DNA of 64,000 nucleotides from Pelomyxa schiedti (Eukaryota; Protista; Evosea), in the NCBI GenBank assembly GCA_020536535.1, contig JAHLWZ010000381.1, positions 35,324-99,323 of the forward strand, given 5' to 3'. Positions within the stretch are counted from its first letter, which is position 1; every line of letters begins with the position of its first letter. Below the pieces are notes generated by a model. The model searched no databases and was not told the origin of the DNA. It was given only the letters and a program-made list of their open reading frames with translations. Below, one piece after another: positions 36,636 through 52,257 of this stretch. The translations under genes and the position numbers were made by a program.

Positions 36636-38545
36636 TCATTCAGTTCGGGAGTTGAGAGCAATGTAGTTGAGAAGTTCAACTAAGAAATAAGAGAATTCAG
36701 GTGTGAAACCTTCAAGGGCAGAGAAGTCGGGAACTTGAAGGTAAAAGAGCAGGTCACCAGCAATTTCATTGGATGTCACCGAGTCGCTACAGACAGTGAA
36801 GATGTACTGCAGTTGCTCTGGGGTGACAGAGGGGGTTGCCTGGAAGAAAACATAGGCCAGGTTGGCAATGTAGGCTGAACAAGCTGGAGTGTCATAGCTC
36901 GCAATGGTTATTCTGTGGAGCAAGAATGCCTCTTGTTGGTTAATGTTGTAAATGTAGGAAACTGATTGAGGGAGGGTTGGCTGCTGGTAAGGTTGAGTCT
37001 CGCCTACTGGTTGTGTCTCGACAGGCTGGGGTCCGTCTACTGCAACATTCGGTGTGTATTCGATTATGGTTTGTTCTTTGGGCAGTTCCTGCTGCTGTGG
37101 TATTTCACATCTTTCTGGTTGTGGTGGTTCACAGGTTTCGTTTTGTGTGGATTTGCTGGTGTCCTGTTGAGGTTGATATGATTCCTGCTGTGGTTGGTAT
37201 GATTCCTGTTGTGGTTGGTTCCGCATCTGCTGTTGTGGTGGATGCATACACCCGGATTGCTGTGACAGTTCGGGTTCTTTTTCTGATAGATGTTGTGGTT
37301 TAAGAGGTGGTTGTGGCGGCTGAGATTGTTTTTGTGGTGGCGGAGATTGTCTTTGTGGCGGCGGAGATTGTCTTTGTGGCGGCGAAGCTTGTCGTTGTGG
37401 CGGCTGAGGTTGTCGTTGTGGTTGTAGCGGTTGCCGCTGTGGTGGCTCCAGTGATGGTTTTGGAGAAGTAGACATGGAAGGTACCTCGGGTGATAATACT
37501 TGTTGCTGTGGTGTTGTTTCTGAAGTTGCTCCTGTAGATTTATGTAGTGGATCACGGTTTTGATCTCCAAGTGTACTTGGCACGGCACGTTGCGGTGCCT
37601 CTGGGGTAGCTGGGAGTTTCGGAGGAGTGCGCTTTTTAGCCATTGCTGCGGCAAGAGCTGCTTCAGCTAGATCTCTTTGAATGGAGGGTACATTTGGTCT
37701 AGCCTGTGAAGTTGATGTCTTTGGCTTTGTGCGATCTACCCGAGATGTTAACAATTTTCTCGGTGCTAAGTTGAACCTTTATTTTGAGTGAGTACTTGCA
37801 AAACTTGGTCTTCTGTCCCTTCTCCAAAGTCGCACCCTGAAAATCTCTCATTCTTTCCCATCATGTCACAGGCAAACCTTGGCACAGGAATTTGATTATC
37901 TGTTTGTTCGTTTTAAGGGCTTCAAGGATCTGTATCCCTGCCTCGGGTCCCAGTTTTGGGTTTCCTATTCAACATAAGTTTGGCATTTGTCTTGTCAGGC
38001 AGCTCACCAGACAGATCGTATTCTTCAATGGAACTGGAAATTATCAGTTTGCGGAGGTCTTCTGCAGCTTCTCTAGTAAGATTGGCCTCTATTTCCCATT
38101 GGTAATTAACCTAAGCAGATGATTCTACTGAGGAATACCTGCAAGGTAGAATTTCTTCAAAGATCTGCTTTCACATGCTGTTTTCCAAAATGTAACCTCG
38201 CCCCTACCAAATTGTGTTCCTTTCCCACATCAAAAAGTAAAGGAAAAAGAAAGTGAAGTACTGCTAAGGTTTAAAGAAATCAAACTCCGCATGTACAAGA
38301 CAAGGCCATGACCACCCACAATGTCCGTATCTATGTAATTGTGAAAAAAAAAAGGTGCATAATGAAAGGAAAAAATCATGGACACTACCTGAAAGATCCA
38401 AATCAGTAGGCTTGCCACTTTTATTCCAGGCCGTCAACCTGTCAACCGCTCTTTGTGTGACAACGCCACTTGTACCCCGTCCAGATCTCCCACTCCCTTC
38501 TTGTGCATTAAAGGTAGGTCCAGGTGTGTCCCTTCTTGTGTCCAT
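36636..38545 (-). CDS. Protein with N-terminal RNI-like LRRs, a Q/P-rich linker and a small helical C-terminal domain
   Basis: PTDLDLS, LISLNLS and ILEALKTNKQI LRR-like exons; long terminal exon 36636..37754 with PPQRQS repeats. Confidence 0.6.
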
Positions 38546-38709
38546 TACAATGCCGCTTCTGTTGGTTTCTTTTTTTTTTTTTATGAGCCTCAACTTGGTG
38601 GATTTTAGAACAGTAGGTGGTTCCGAATAGAAAAATAGGAAAAATTCCTTCAAAAACAAACAAGGCGGTGCTTGCCCCCTTGTGATAAAACAACAATAGG
38701 GAAAAAAAT

Positions 38710-42020
<3,311 letters not shown>

Positions 42021-42158
42021 TGTGACTCTGTTTTTTTTTCTTTTTTTTTTTCGCCTTTCTGTTTCCGGTTATGCTAAACCTTCGTTTCCAAAAAGATCCA
42101 GATTTTACAAAAGAAACATCATTTCGAGATCTAGAAGACACAAAAAAACCCAAAAAAC

Positions 42159-45100
42159 CTACGTGCACCTCACAGCATCGCCACTCACACTGAGGAGACA
42201 ATACGCCTGTGTGTTTGTTGTGAACGAGAGTAAGCATGAGGGAGGAAAGAGAAGAAAAGAGGCACACTTGTTCTCTTTGTGGGCTGTGCTTGATGGAACA
42301 GACGTCGAGAGAGTAGTTTAGGAGTGCATTGCCTCCTCTTGCATTTACATGTGAACGCACAACGGCTAGAGCATCACACAAAAATTGGTGAACGAATGTG
42401 CCGAAGTCAGTCTCCCCGAGGGAGAAGGTCTCACGAATCAAGTGAATATTCACATAGCCCAAATAACTGTGATGCTGTTGTTGAGTCCTGTGTTGGAAGG
42501 AAAGTGTACAACAGTACCTCTGCACGTTCATTCCCGGAAGAAAGCTTGTCGGTGATATGATGATTTTTTCACCCATTGGGTTGGGTGACATATTTTTAGA
42601 CGTGTCCTATTGGGTATTGTCAAAACCGGCTAGTAGACACCATACTAACCCGTGTGTCAGATATACACATTGCAGTTATGCAAAACTGCACTTCAAAATC
42701 ATTAACAATAGTTGCTGTTGTGTTAGTCCGGTAGATACAACATGGACTCACGGGTCTAACCTGGTAGTCATTGCTTAGTAGGCTCAATTCACGCAAAGGC
42801 ATACCATTTCAGCCAAAGCAAAAAACATTTCGCGGAAAGCGGAATTGAATAATTTTGTAACCGGCTGTTTGCCAGAGTTGAATCTCACTCTCTGAACCAT
42901 AGTAACAAGTTGCTGCGCGTGACCACTGCTAGAGTCTATTCCAGGTAGACTCTGGTGAGGGTTGGAAAAAGATGAGGAAAAAAAGGGGGTGGTCTCACAT
43001 TGGTTGTGCACAGGCAAACACCAGGGTAAACTCCAATATTGTCCGTGAACGAATCAATAAAATAGGGCTCCATTTCGTTATCAATCTGCGTTTCTATTAG
43101 GTCTGTTTGGGAAAGCCAAGCTAGTACCTCAACAAAAAAGCCATCATGGGCAGCAACTTTGTCAGGTGGTGGTGATTGTGGGCTCGCTCTAAGGGAAGCT
43201 GAGTTGTTGCAACACCACCAAAAACAGTGGGAAAAATACATAGGGAATACTGAAGGCAAACTCACTTGAACGGATTCCACCACAGTTGAGTTTGTGGGAC
43301 AGGCAGGTGCTACAGATTGTGCTTGATCACAAATAAGGTTTCGTCTGGGAGTGTCTTGGGAGGTGGTTGTGACTTTGTGTCTCTTTGGTGAGATACAAGC
43401 AGGGTTAATGGGAGTTTCTTCGACACTCTGCTTTGTTGGCTTTTTATGTGACACTTGCTCAGCATTCAAGGCAGCTGTTTTTGGTGTGGAGGGACGCGGA
43501 GTTGCATTTGGTGTTACTCTTTTTGGGGATATGGGCACCTCGGCATTATGTTGTAGCTTTAGTTCATTTGTGTGAAATTGGTCTTCTGTGATTGTACTAT
43601 CTTGCGGAACTGTTTGTGTGAAATGGTGTTTTTTCGATGGCTTCCTCTGTCCCACATCGATCGAGGAATCAGGCATTTTCCCCGCCTTCGGTTTTTTGGT
43701 GACAATCTTCTCTCCTTCGTCATGTTGTTCAGACTGGTGGAAATGGGAAGATAGGGGCTCAAGCAAGGAAGTAATGTTGTTTTCAGAGTCATTTATCCCT
43801 TTCTTGTATTTACGGTGAGATTTCGTGTCACTGAAAGCCAAAGGTTCTTCAATTCTGTCTTCAACTAACTTCTTGACAACGTCAGAGCTCTTGGCAATAT
43901 CTCGCTCACAATTGTCATGGTCTCTTCGAGGGGAAGTGGTGCCACTCCCAGGTGGCTCCTGTGATGTTGCACTTTTGACTTTTGGTGAGTGAATGTGTGT
44001 TTGTTTCGTGATTCCATGACTAGATTGTGTTGAAGGGTGTTCGAAATCTAGACTCGGAAATTCCTCTCCATCGTGTTTGTGCTTCACTGGTTCAGATCCC
44101 TGTGTCTCAAGTTCAGTTCTGTCTCTTCTGTTATCTTCAGTGCGGATTTTTATCTTAACTCTTTCGATTTCTTCTGCACTATCTTTATTCAGTTTATTTT
44201 TTTCTTCTAAGTCTTCACCATCTTTGTGTTTTCTCCCTTTTCCTCGATCATTATGGGTACCTCCATCTAAATCGTCCACATCCTTTTCTTTGTGGTGCTT
44301 TTTCTCTTTTTCTCTTTTTTTCTTTTCTCGGTGATCTGGTGCTAGGGGTTCTTCTCGCTGGTCTCTTCCCTCTTCTCTCCTACCCTCTACTTGTTCAAGA
44401 CTTTGTGTCTTATACCTCAGTAGTTTATCATGCTTTTTTATGCCTATCTCTTGGGCGTCATATGTAGCAGAGGCATCACTTAAATATTGCTCGAAGTTTA
44501 ATTTCACCTTGCCTTCAGTGACAGGCTTCACAGAATTTTGATCAGGTGACAATGGAACCACAGATGGTGGCAGTGATGGTGAATGCCTGGAGCTTGGTAA
44601 CTTAGAAGAATGCTTAATTTTGTCTGGAAGGCAGGGTAAAGGTCCTGGTGAAAGAGGTTCTTCAACTTGACCTTTCTCCGGCTTGTGCCTTTTCTCCTTT
44701 CCAGGCAAATCTACTAATATGGGGTTGATAGTTGCCCTAGGTGTAATGGTGTCAGATTTCAGTGTCCTACTTTGAGCCCTTTTTTCAGAAGGCGAATCTG
44801 GCTGGAGAGATACTAATTGAAGTGGGGTATGTGGAGACTTGCTCAAGTACTCTACAGAAGTAGCCTGTGGTGCAGGTGGTAGCGAGAGAGATGGAAGGTT
44901 TTTTTTTCTGGATGACTTCTTGGACATGATGGGAGAGGATGGAGGATTAGGGCTTGGCGCGGAGATTATTTTTGGAGGTATTTGATATAATTCTCTTTGT
45001 CTTGCAACAAGCTTCGATAGGAAGCCAATCTGGGAAGGATTCAGTGTTAGAAGGAAATTACATTAAAGTGTGCAGTGTGGTGCACACAGTACAGAGTGGA

Positions 45101-47538
45101 TCGACATATTTTCAATCTCCCGAAGCTTTGAAAAAACGTCGCACTCTTTACTTGAACAGCGCAGTATGAGGGGTCCAGGAATAGGAAGAGCAACCAGACA
45201 TACCTATCTCCATAGTAAATAAAAAGAATTTGGTTCTTCCTATACAGCTGTGCCGGAAGCTACACCAGTTAACATATTACTGCCAATACTGATGTCTATC
45301 TGCAATCGGAAAACAGCATTCATTCCCTATGTCTATTGAGGAAAAGAAAATATGATAGTATGAAAGGTATAAAAAAAAAGGAAGGTGTAAAATAGTAATG
45401 TAAAAGGGCCATAGATACATAAAAATGCAGTTTGTGTACTATCTGTTTGTGCAAGTCGTATTCCAGGAAAGGCAAATCTTCTCTCATATCCACAGTGCTT
45501 TGGTCCCCCTACCAAAAAAGGAAGTGTTATGAACTGTTGAATGTAATTAATAGTTAGGTACCTCGGCTTTTCTTTTCTCTCTACAAATTTTAGCCTCCAG
45601 AAATTTCCCTGTTCCCACAATTGGAGTCTAATATCTCGTTGGCAAATGAGACGAATATAAAGTAATCGAACTTGTGAGGGCAATTCCGTTGTAGAGAGAA
45701 TTATCTCAGGAACGCGTTTCTGCTGACAAATACCACATTTTGAAGTTAGTGGCGCAGCGAGCAGTTCTTCATGTGGTATATGCCACAAGCTACAACTCTT
45801 TTTATGAATGTGTTGTTCTGCATTTGGTCGTTTGACCATAACAACAGCAGTACCAATAGCGGATATGACACAGATCTCTGTCATTCTACGTTACAATCAA
45901 GGTGTTGGTTATAAAGCAAACCTTCTTCTTCATGAATTACGACTGATTCCCTGTATCCAATAACATGCGTACAATGCAGAGCGCGGGCATGGCTCCTTAT
46001 CTCCTCTCTTGCTTCCCCCCACCACCTGTCTCGTGTGAAAGTATACTTCTCCTTTTTGAACATCTTTACTAATCGGGCCTGAAAAGATACATCAGAATGG
46101 AACGAATGGAGATATGATAAGTAACAAGTATACTCAACTGCAACAACACCACCATAATGTCGAATCGCCCCTGGCTCGAAATCAACAAGTGTGAGTAATG
46201 GAATGGTTCCACTGGGAACATCAACATGTCCCACGCCACTTTCGGGAGTGGTTTGGTTTGGGGCACCCCTGAGGGAGTTTCCTGGAAGAGAGCTTGGAGG
46301 TGCTGAAGTGTAAATTGAGGAACTCTGTTCTGGCTGCACAATTTCAGTTTGCGCAATTACATTGCTTGCAGGAGAAATAGGTAGAGATGAGGAGCAACTA
46401 ATTGCCGGGGTAGCAATACTGGTATTCGTACCGAGTGATAGACCGGCACTAACGTTGTTCATTGAAGAGGGAGAACGGGCTTTGCTGTCCAGGTCGAACA
46501 AATAATTCACTGACTTAACTATTGCTGCTGTTCCATATCCACGTGCTACTATGTATACTTCTCGTTCCAAGTCGATGTGTTGGTGATACCCCAGCACTGC
46601 ATTCCCTCCAAGACTTGATACCTTGAGACCTATTTGCCGACGAAGGCGGCTTTTCACAATGGGGATAATTAGAATAACACATGTGAAGAGTCTGTAACAG
46701 CAAAAAAAGGAATATTGAGACTCACCCAGAAAGGCGAATCAAGAGGAGTTGGCGGGCCTCATTAGAGGTACGCGATGTTCGAAATGTGTCAGCCCAATAA
46801 TGTTCAGGGTCGTCTTCCACAAGCAATTCATCAACTAGTCCTATGACAGATGTAACCTTCATACATTTTGGGTCTGGTAAACTACCTGCAGTGTTTTACA
46901 GTATGTATTACTAGAAAGAGAAGGTGTGGGGAAATGTACAGGCAAAAAATCTAACACTGGTGGATGTATCAGAAAAGGGGTTTGTGTTTCTAATCACATT
47001 CAATTTCGCCTCTACCTGCAATTCCCCTCTCACACCTGGAGTTGGAAGTTAGCACTATTTAAATAAAAATAGCTAGCTCTGAACCTCTGAGAGTATCATA
47101 TATTGGGAACCACCCACCCAGTCGTTTTGGAAGGGGGACCAAAAGAGGTGTGAGGTCCAAGTAAACAGTACCAATAACATCATTGGCACTAACAACGTCC
47201 CTATCCCAAACCCTTTTTCGTTTATCAGTATTGAATTGTGCAATATCTTGGGCTGTATGCCATAATCCAAAGTAACAACAAAGGATAAAGAAAAAAAAAA
47301 AAAAAAAAAAAAAATACCGCAATTCCGCGGGTTGGTCGAGTAACACGGCGTCGTTTGCTACCTCGAATTTGAAGTTCGAATTCCACTGGGGATCTAGGGT
47401 TTCAAACTGTGGGTGCGTGCGCCGTGGGGTGGCGTCGTTGAACTTGATCTCCACAAACGCGTCTGCGTTAAGTGTGCGGGCATCCATCACCGGCAGGTTG
47501 CGTGCAGAAACAACCACCAGCTTGAGAGTGAAAGGCAT
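42159..47538 (-). CDS. C2CD5: C2 domain-containing protein 5-like (C2 plus YbjQ-like repeats)
   Basis: MPFTLKLVVVSARNLPVMD...DAFVEIKF...LDPQWNS..FKFEV...GWFPIYDTLRG; LGGNAVLGY..HIDLE; RDRWWGEAREEIRSHARALHCTHVIGYRE; GGNALLNY; ends SVSGDAVRCT*. Confidence 0.87.
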
Positions 47539-47733
47539 CCCAGCTTGATCACAATTTGTTTTGTAGAATGCTTTTTTCGCCTTTTTCACAACCCTTGACA
47601 GGGGAGCAGGCAGTTAATTTTCTTGCTAGAAAGAGGCCGCAGAGAAAACGAACAGCAGCACAAACGGAAAGCTTCACTCAAAATCACAAAATTTTTCTTT
47701 TAAATAACAACAACATAAGAGCTGTGAGCCACA

Positions 47734-50700
47734 TCATGACATTTCATCAGCTTCAGCAGTAGCAGTTGAAGGCGTAATAACCACAGAGAAATTCAGCTTT
47801 GAATTGACCACAGTGATGCTGACAGTAGACCTTTCTCGTAACTGCCCGCCAATGATCATCTTTGACACCTCTGTGATGATGTGCTTCTCCAGGAACCTTC
47901 CAATTGGTCGGGCTCCAAACTGAGGTTCGTAGGCCTGCTCGATCACGAATCTCTTCGCGTCGTCTCCCATAACTAGCTTGATGTTCTGGTTCTCCAGCCT
48001 CTGCGAAATTCGTGTGACCATCAGCCCGACGATTTTCACCAAATCAGCTTGGGTCAGAGGGTTGAAAATCACAATGTTATCCAAGCGGTTCAGGAATTCT
48101 GCATACGTATTGGTAAGTACCGGTTTCTTTCTATTATAATAATAATAGTAATTGCTAGAGTGCGGACATACCGGGACGGAACTGTTTTCGTACAAGAGTC
48201 ATTACTTTCTCTTGAACTCCGACCAGCATTGTTCCATCCGGCCTGATGTTACTTAAGAGGAGGTCGGATCCAATATTCGAGGTCATGATGATAATGGTAT
48301 TGCTGAAATCAACAGTTCTGCCGTGGCCATCAGTGAGACGTCCATCATCAAGAACTGGGCAATGTTAGCTGTGGATACAAGAAAAGAGGCACTTCGCACC
48401 TTGAAGAAGCACATTCCAAACCTGCGTATGTGCCTTTTCAATCTCATCGAAGAGGACCACTGAGTAAGGCCTCCTTCTTACAGCTTCTGTGAGCTGGCCA
48501 CCTTCTTCAAATCCAACATAACCTGGAGGAGACCCAATCAACCTTGCGACACTATGCTGTTCCATGTACTATTGCATGATATCAGTGAAATTCCTTCATT
48601 AGCTTAGTTACACACCTCAGACATATCTATCCTAATCATATGTTTCTCATCATCGAAAAGTTCGTATGCCAGTGCTTTTGCCAGCTCTGTTTTCCCAACA
48701 CCGGAGGGACCCAGAAACTAATGACTTGTTAGAAGATATGAAGTTATCCACTAATCTTACCATGAAGCTTCCTGTTGGTTTACCCACATTGCCAAGTCCA
48801 GCACGGGATCGGAGTACTGCTTCAGACACTGCGTCAACGGCTTCATTTTGTCCAACAACTCTTTTATGTAGTTGGTCTGAGAGTTGTAGCAAGCGTTCAC
48901 GTTCTGTTTGGCTCAGTTTGGTCACAGGTATTCCAGTCCATCTGCTAACTACTTCAGCGATTTGCTCTGGTCCAACTACTTCGGTGAGCATTCTATCCTT
49001 TTCAGTACGTTGAAGTTCTTCCGTGAGCTGTGAAAACATGTTAGATTTACCTTATTAGTGTCATATTAGATACCATTACAACGCGCCTCTCGAGCTCTGG
49101 GATAGCCCCATACTGCAAGTCTGCAACCAAAGCTAGGTCTCCTCTTCTCTTTGCAGACTCCATTTTGTTTTTCAGTACTTCAGCTTTCTGTTTCAACTCA
49201 TTTATCTCCATAACCCTTGCTTTTTCTGCCTCATGTCTGGCCTTAAGCGGCATCAATTCTTCTCTGATCTTAGCCAGCTCTTCCCGGACTTTCTCTAGTC
49301 GTTGTTTACTTCCCACATCTTTCTCCTTCTCCAAAGCTGTGGCCTCAATTTCTAGTTGAAGTTGCTTCCTCTCCAATTGGTCAATAACTTCTGGCTGGCT
49401 GTCCAACTGCACTCTTACACTGGCAGCTGCTTCATCAATCAAGTCGATGGCCTTGTCTGGGAGGAAACGATTTGTGATATATCTTTGGGCCAGCTGTGCA
49501 GCAACAACAAGGGCACTATCCAGCAATCTTACACCATGATGAGTCTCGTATCGCTCTTTCAATCCACGTAGAATGCTGATTGTATCAGGGATGCTTGGCT
49601 CACCCACATAGACTTGTTGGAATCTTCTTTCGAAGGCTGCATCTTTCTCAACATGTTTGCGATATTCGTCCAGAGTCGTAGCACCAATGCAACGTAGTTC
49701 CCCTCTGGCACTGAAGAAAAAGTGAATTATTTATATGGAGAAACAGAGAAAAATGATGTGCATACAGCATGGGTTTGAGCAAGTTGGCGGCGTCCATGGA
49801 ACCTTCTGCTTTTCCTGCACCCAAAACGAGGTGAATCTCATCAATGAACAAAATAATCCCAGTCTTGGACTCTGCTATTTCCTTTAACACTGCCTTGAGT
49901 CTCTCTTCAAACTCTCCACGGTATTTTGCGCCAGCAACAAGTGCACCCTTTTTTAACCAAGGTTACGATAAGAAGGAAAAGAAAAGCTAAATACCATATC
50001 CAGGGCAATCACTTTGCAGTGTAGATCAGTAGGTATATCGCCGCGTACAATTCTTTGAGCCAGACCTTCCACGATTGCAGTCTTTCCTACACCAGGCTCA
50101 CCAATAAGGACTGGATTATTCTTTGTCCTCCTGTTGAAGAAAAGGTTAAGCTGAAAACTGCAGGATTTTGTCAGGGGAGCCGTACCTTGCCAATATGCGA
50201 ATGACACGTCTTATTTCATCATCTCTGCCGATCACAGGGTCCAGTTTTCCCTGTTCTGCCATAGCAACCAAATCGTGACCATATTTTTCCAGAGCATTGT
50301 ATGAGTCCTCTGGGTTTTGGCCATCAATTTTCCGTGTTCCTCGAGTCTGTGTGATCACTTTCTCCATCTGGTATTTTGACACTCCTGCGTCGCGCATAGC
50401 ACCTCCAACGTCCTTGTTCTCGTAAAGAGCCACTGTATTTCCAAACGTGAGCGTTGGTTATGTGGTCATTTATATCTACATATAAACAAACAACAAAACA
50501 AAAAAAGCAAAATGACACATACTCAAGAGGTGATCCACTGCCACGTGACTATCCTTTTGTCTAGTTTGAAGCTCCAATGCCGCTCTCAGCACCGCCATCA
50601 TCGGTCCCCCAGGTGACATCACTGAAGGTGGTGGATCCTGCCTTGGTTGTTTTTCCTATTTAAAGGAATCAGTGCAGATATACACCAAAATGCCACGACA

Positions 50701-50977
50701 TCTTTGACACATGACATCTTAACCAAAAAAAAAAAAAAACTCCATGACACGACCGACATCTACAAATACTTACCACTAGCCTCTTGATCACAGGGAGCAG
50801 GACGGCCGCGTCGCCGCCGGCTTTGGAGAACACCTGGCGCGCCAGGCCCGCCTCGTCCGAAAACAGAGCGAGGGCCACGTGGGACGGGTGCAGCTCGGGG
50901 GCACTGTGCTCCAGCGCCATGCGCTGCGCCTTGCTGAGCGCCTCCGCGGCCTTGTCCGTGAACTGTGCGTTGTCCAT
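47734..50977 (-). CDS. HSP101: ClpB/Hsp101/Hsp104 AAA+ disaggregase
   Basis: [90 protein letters not shown]. Multi-exon. Confidence 0.96.
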
Positions 50978-51264
50978 TGCGTGTCCAACTTGGATGTTGT
51001 GTTTTGATTGGTTGTTTATTACAAAGGTTTTTTTTTTGTCTGTGTTTTCTTTCTTTTCGTGTTTAAAAAGGTACCTTTGGAGATTCCGGCCAGATGCCGA
51101 TGGAAGATGAAAGAAATACGAGTGGAATTTCACAGACTGCAACAGCACGACTGGCTGCCAAAACAAAGAAAAAGTACAACAGTGTTATGGTGGATTTTTG
51201 TACTCGTTGTCAGTAAGGGTTGGTGTTTTATGCTTCCAAAATCAAATAAGTATTGTTCAAGTGA

Positions 51265-52010
51265 CTAACTGCACAAGAGGTTCTTGAACTCCTCGAAGGT
51301 GAGAACACCATCACCATCAATGTCAGCGTCATTGAAGAGGTCCATGGCCGCTTCGTCTTCAAGGTGTTGTCCAAGGAATGTGATGACCTGAGCGTGTGTG
51401 TTGATGGTTTTGTGATGTCAGAGAGGACAAGGCAAGGAGATTGGGGCAACCCGTTTCACCTTTTTGAATTCCTCCGCATCGATTGTCCTGCTTCCATCCT
51501 TGTCAAAGAACTGTGTAGTAAATGGCACCAGAAAGGTTAAAAAAATAAAAAAAAAAAGTGAGTGTGTTGTTGTGATATGGTGATATGATGAGGGAAGTGA
51601 AGGGGAAGACTAGCCGCACGCACATCAAAGGCCTGCTTGATGGCCAGCTCAGTGTTGGTGTTTGAAATTTTGTCCCTCATCACGTTGATGAAACTCTCAT
51701 ATGTCAGTTTCCCTTTTTCTGTGACTGAGTTAGTGTTGTAATGCAGTGTCATCTCTCGAACAACCATCCAGCATCGCTCTGATGTCCCTCGACGACGGGT
51801 CCTGTGCTTTTGTTTGTTTTTTTTGATTCAGTCAGGGGTTGACGTGGCATGAATTTGTATGCCACACAAAAGGTACACACCAAAGGAGCGCATCAGCTTT
51901 GTGAGCTCCTCGGCATCGAGCCTGTCGTCCCCATCCTCGTCAAACAAATCAAATGCCTCTGTGAGCTCCTCGAGTTGTTCAGCCAGCACCTCGTCTTTCG
52001 TTGACGTCAT
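51265..52010 (-). CDS. Calmodulin/centrin-like EF-hand protein (5 exons)
   Basis: Spliced product: MTSTKDEVLAEQLEELTEAFDLFDEDGDDRLDAEELTKLMRSFG...IKQAFD-FFDKDGSRTIDAEEFKK-VITFLG...LFNDADIDGDGVLTFEEFKNLLCS*. Three canonical EF loops, with EF2 degenerate. Confidence 0.9.
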
Positions 52011-52257
52011 TGTTGTCAGCAGCTGCTGTTAGGGTTGGTGGTCTGTTTACTACCGGCGAATCTGGGGCCTGGGACTTTTTTTTACCAGAGCTTGTCCGTT
52101 TGCACCAAACGAGGGAAAAAAACACAACCACACGCCGGGTTCGTTTTGGGGGTGATGTTGTGTCAAAAGTGGAACCTTTACTGTTTCTCGGTAGTGCAAC
52201 GGACACACGTTTAAGAGACCAAAAGAAAGCAAAACCCAACAAAAAAAAAACAGCCGT

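Noticed and set aside
37170-37445. Short tandem repeats resembling a CRISPR-like or minisatellite array
   Set aside because: In-frame coding repeats (PPQRQS, QQESYQP) with no unique spacers, in a eukaryotic context.
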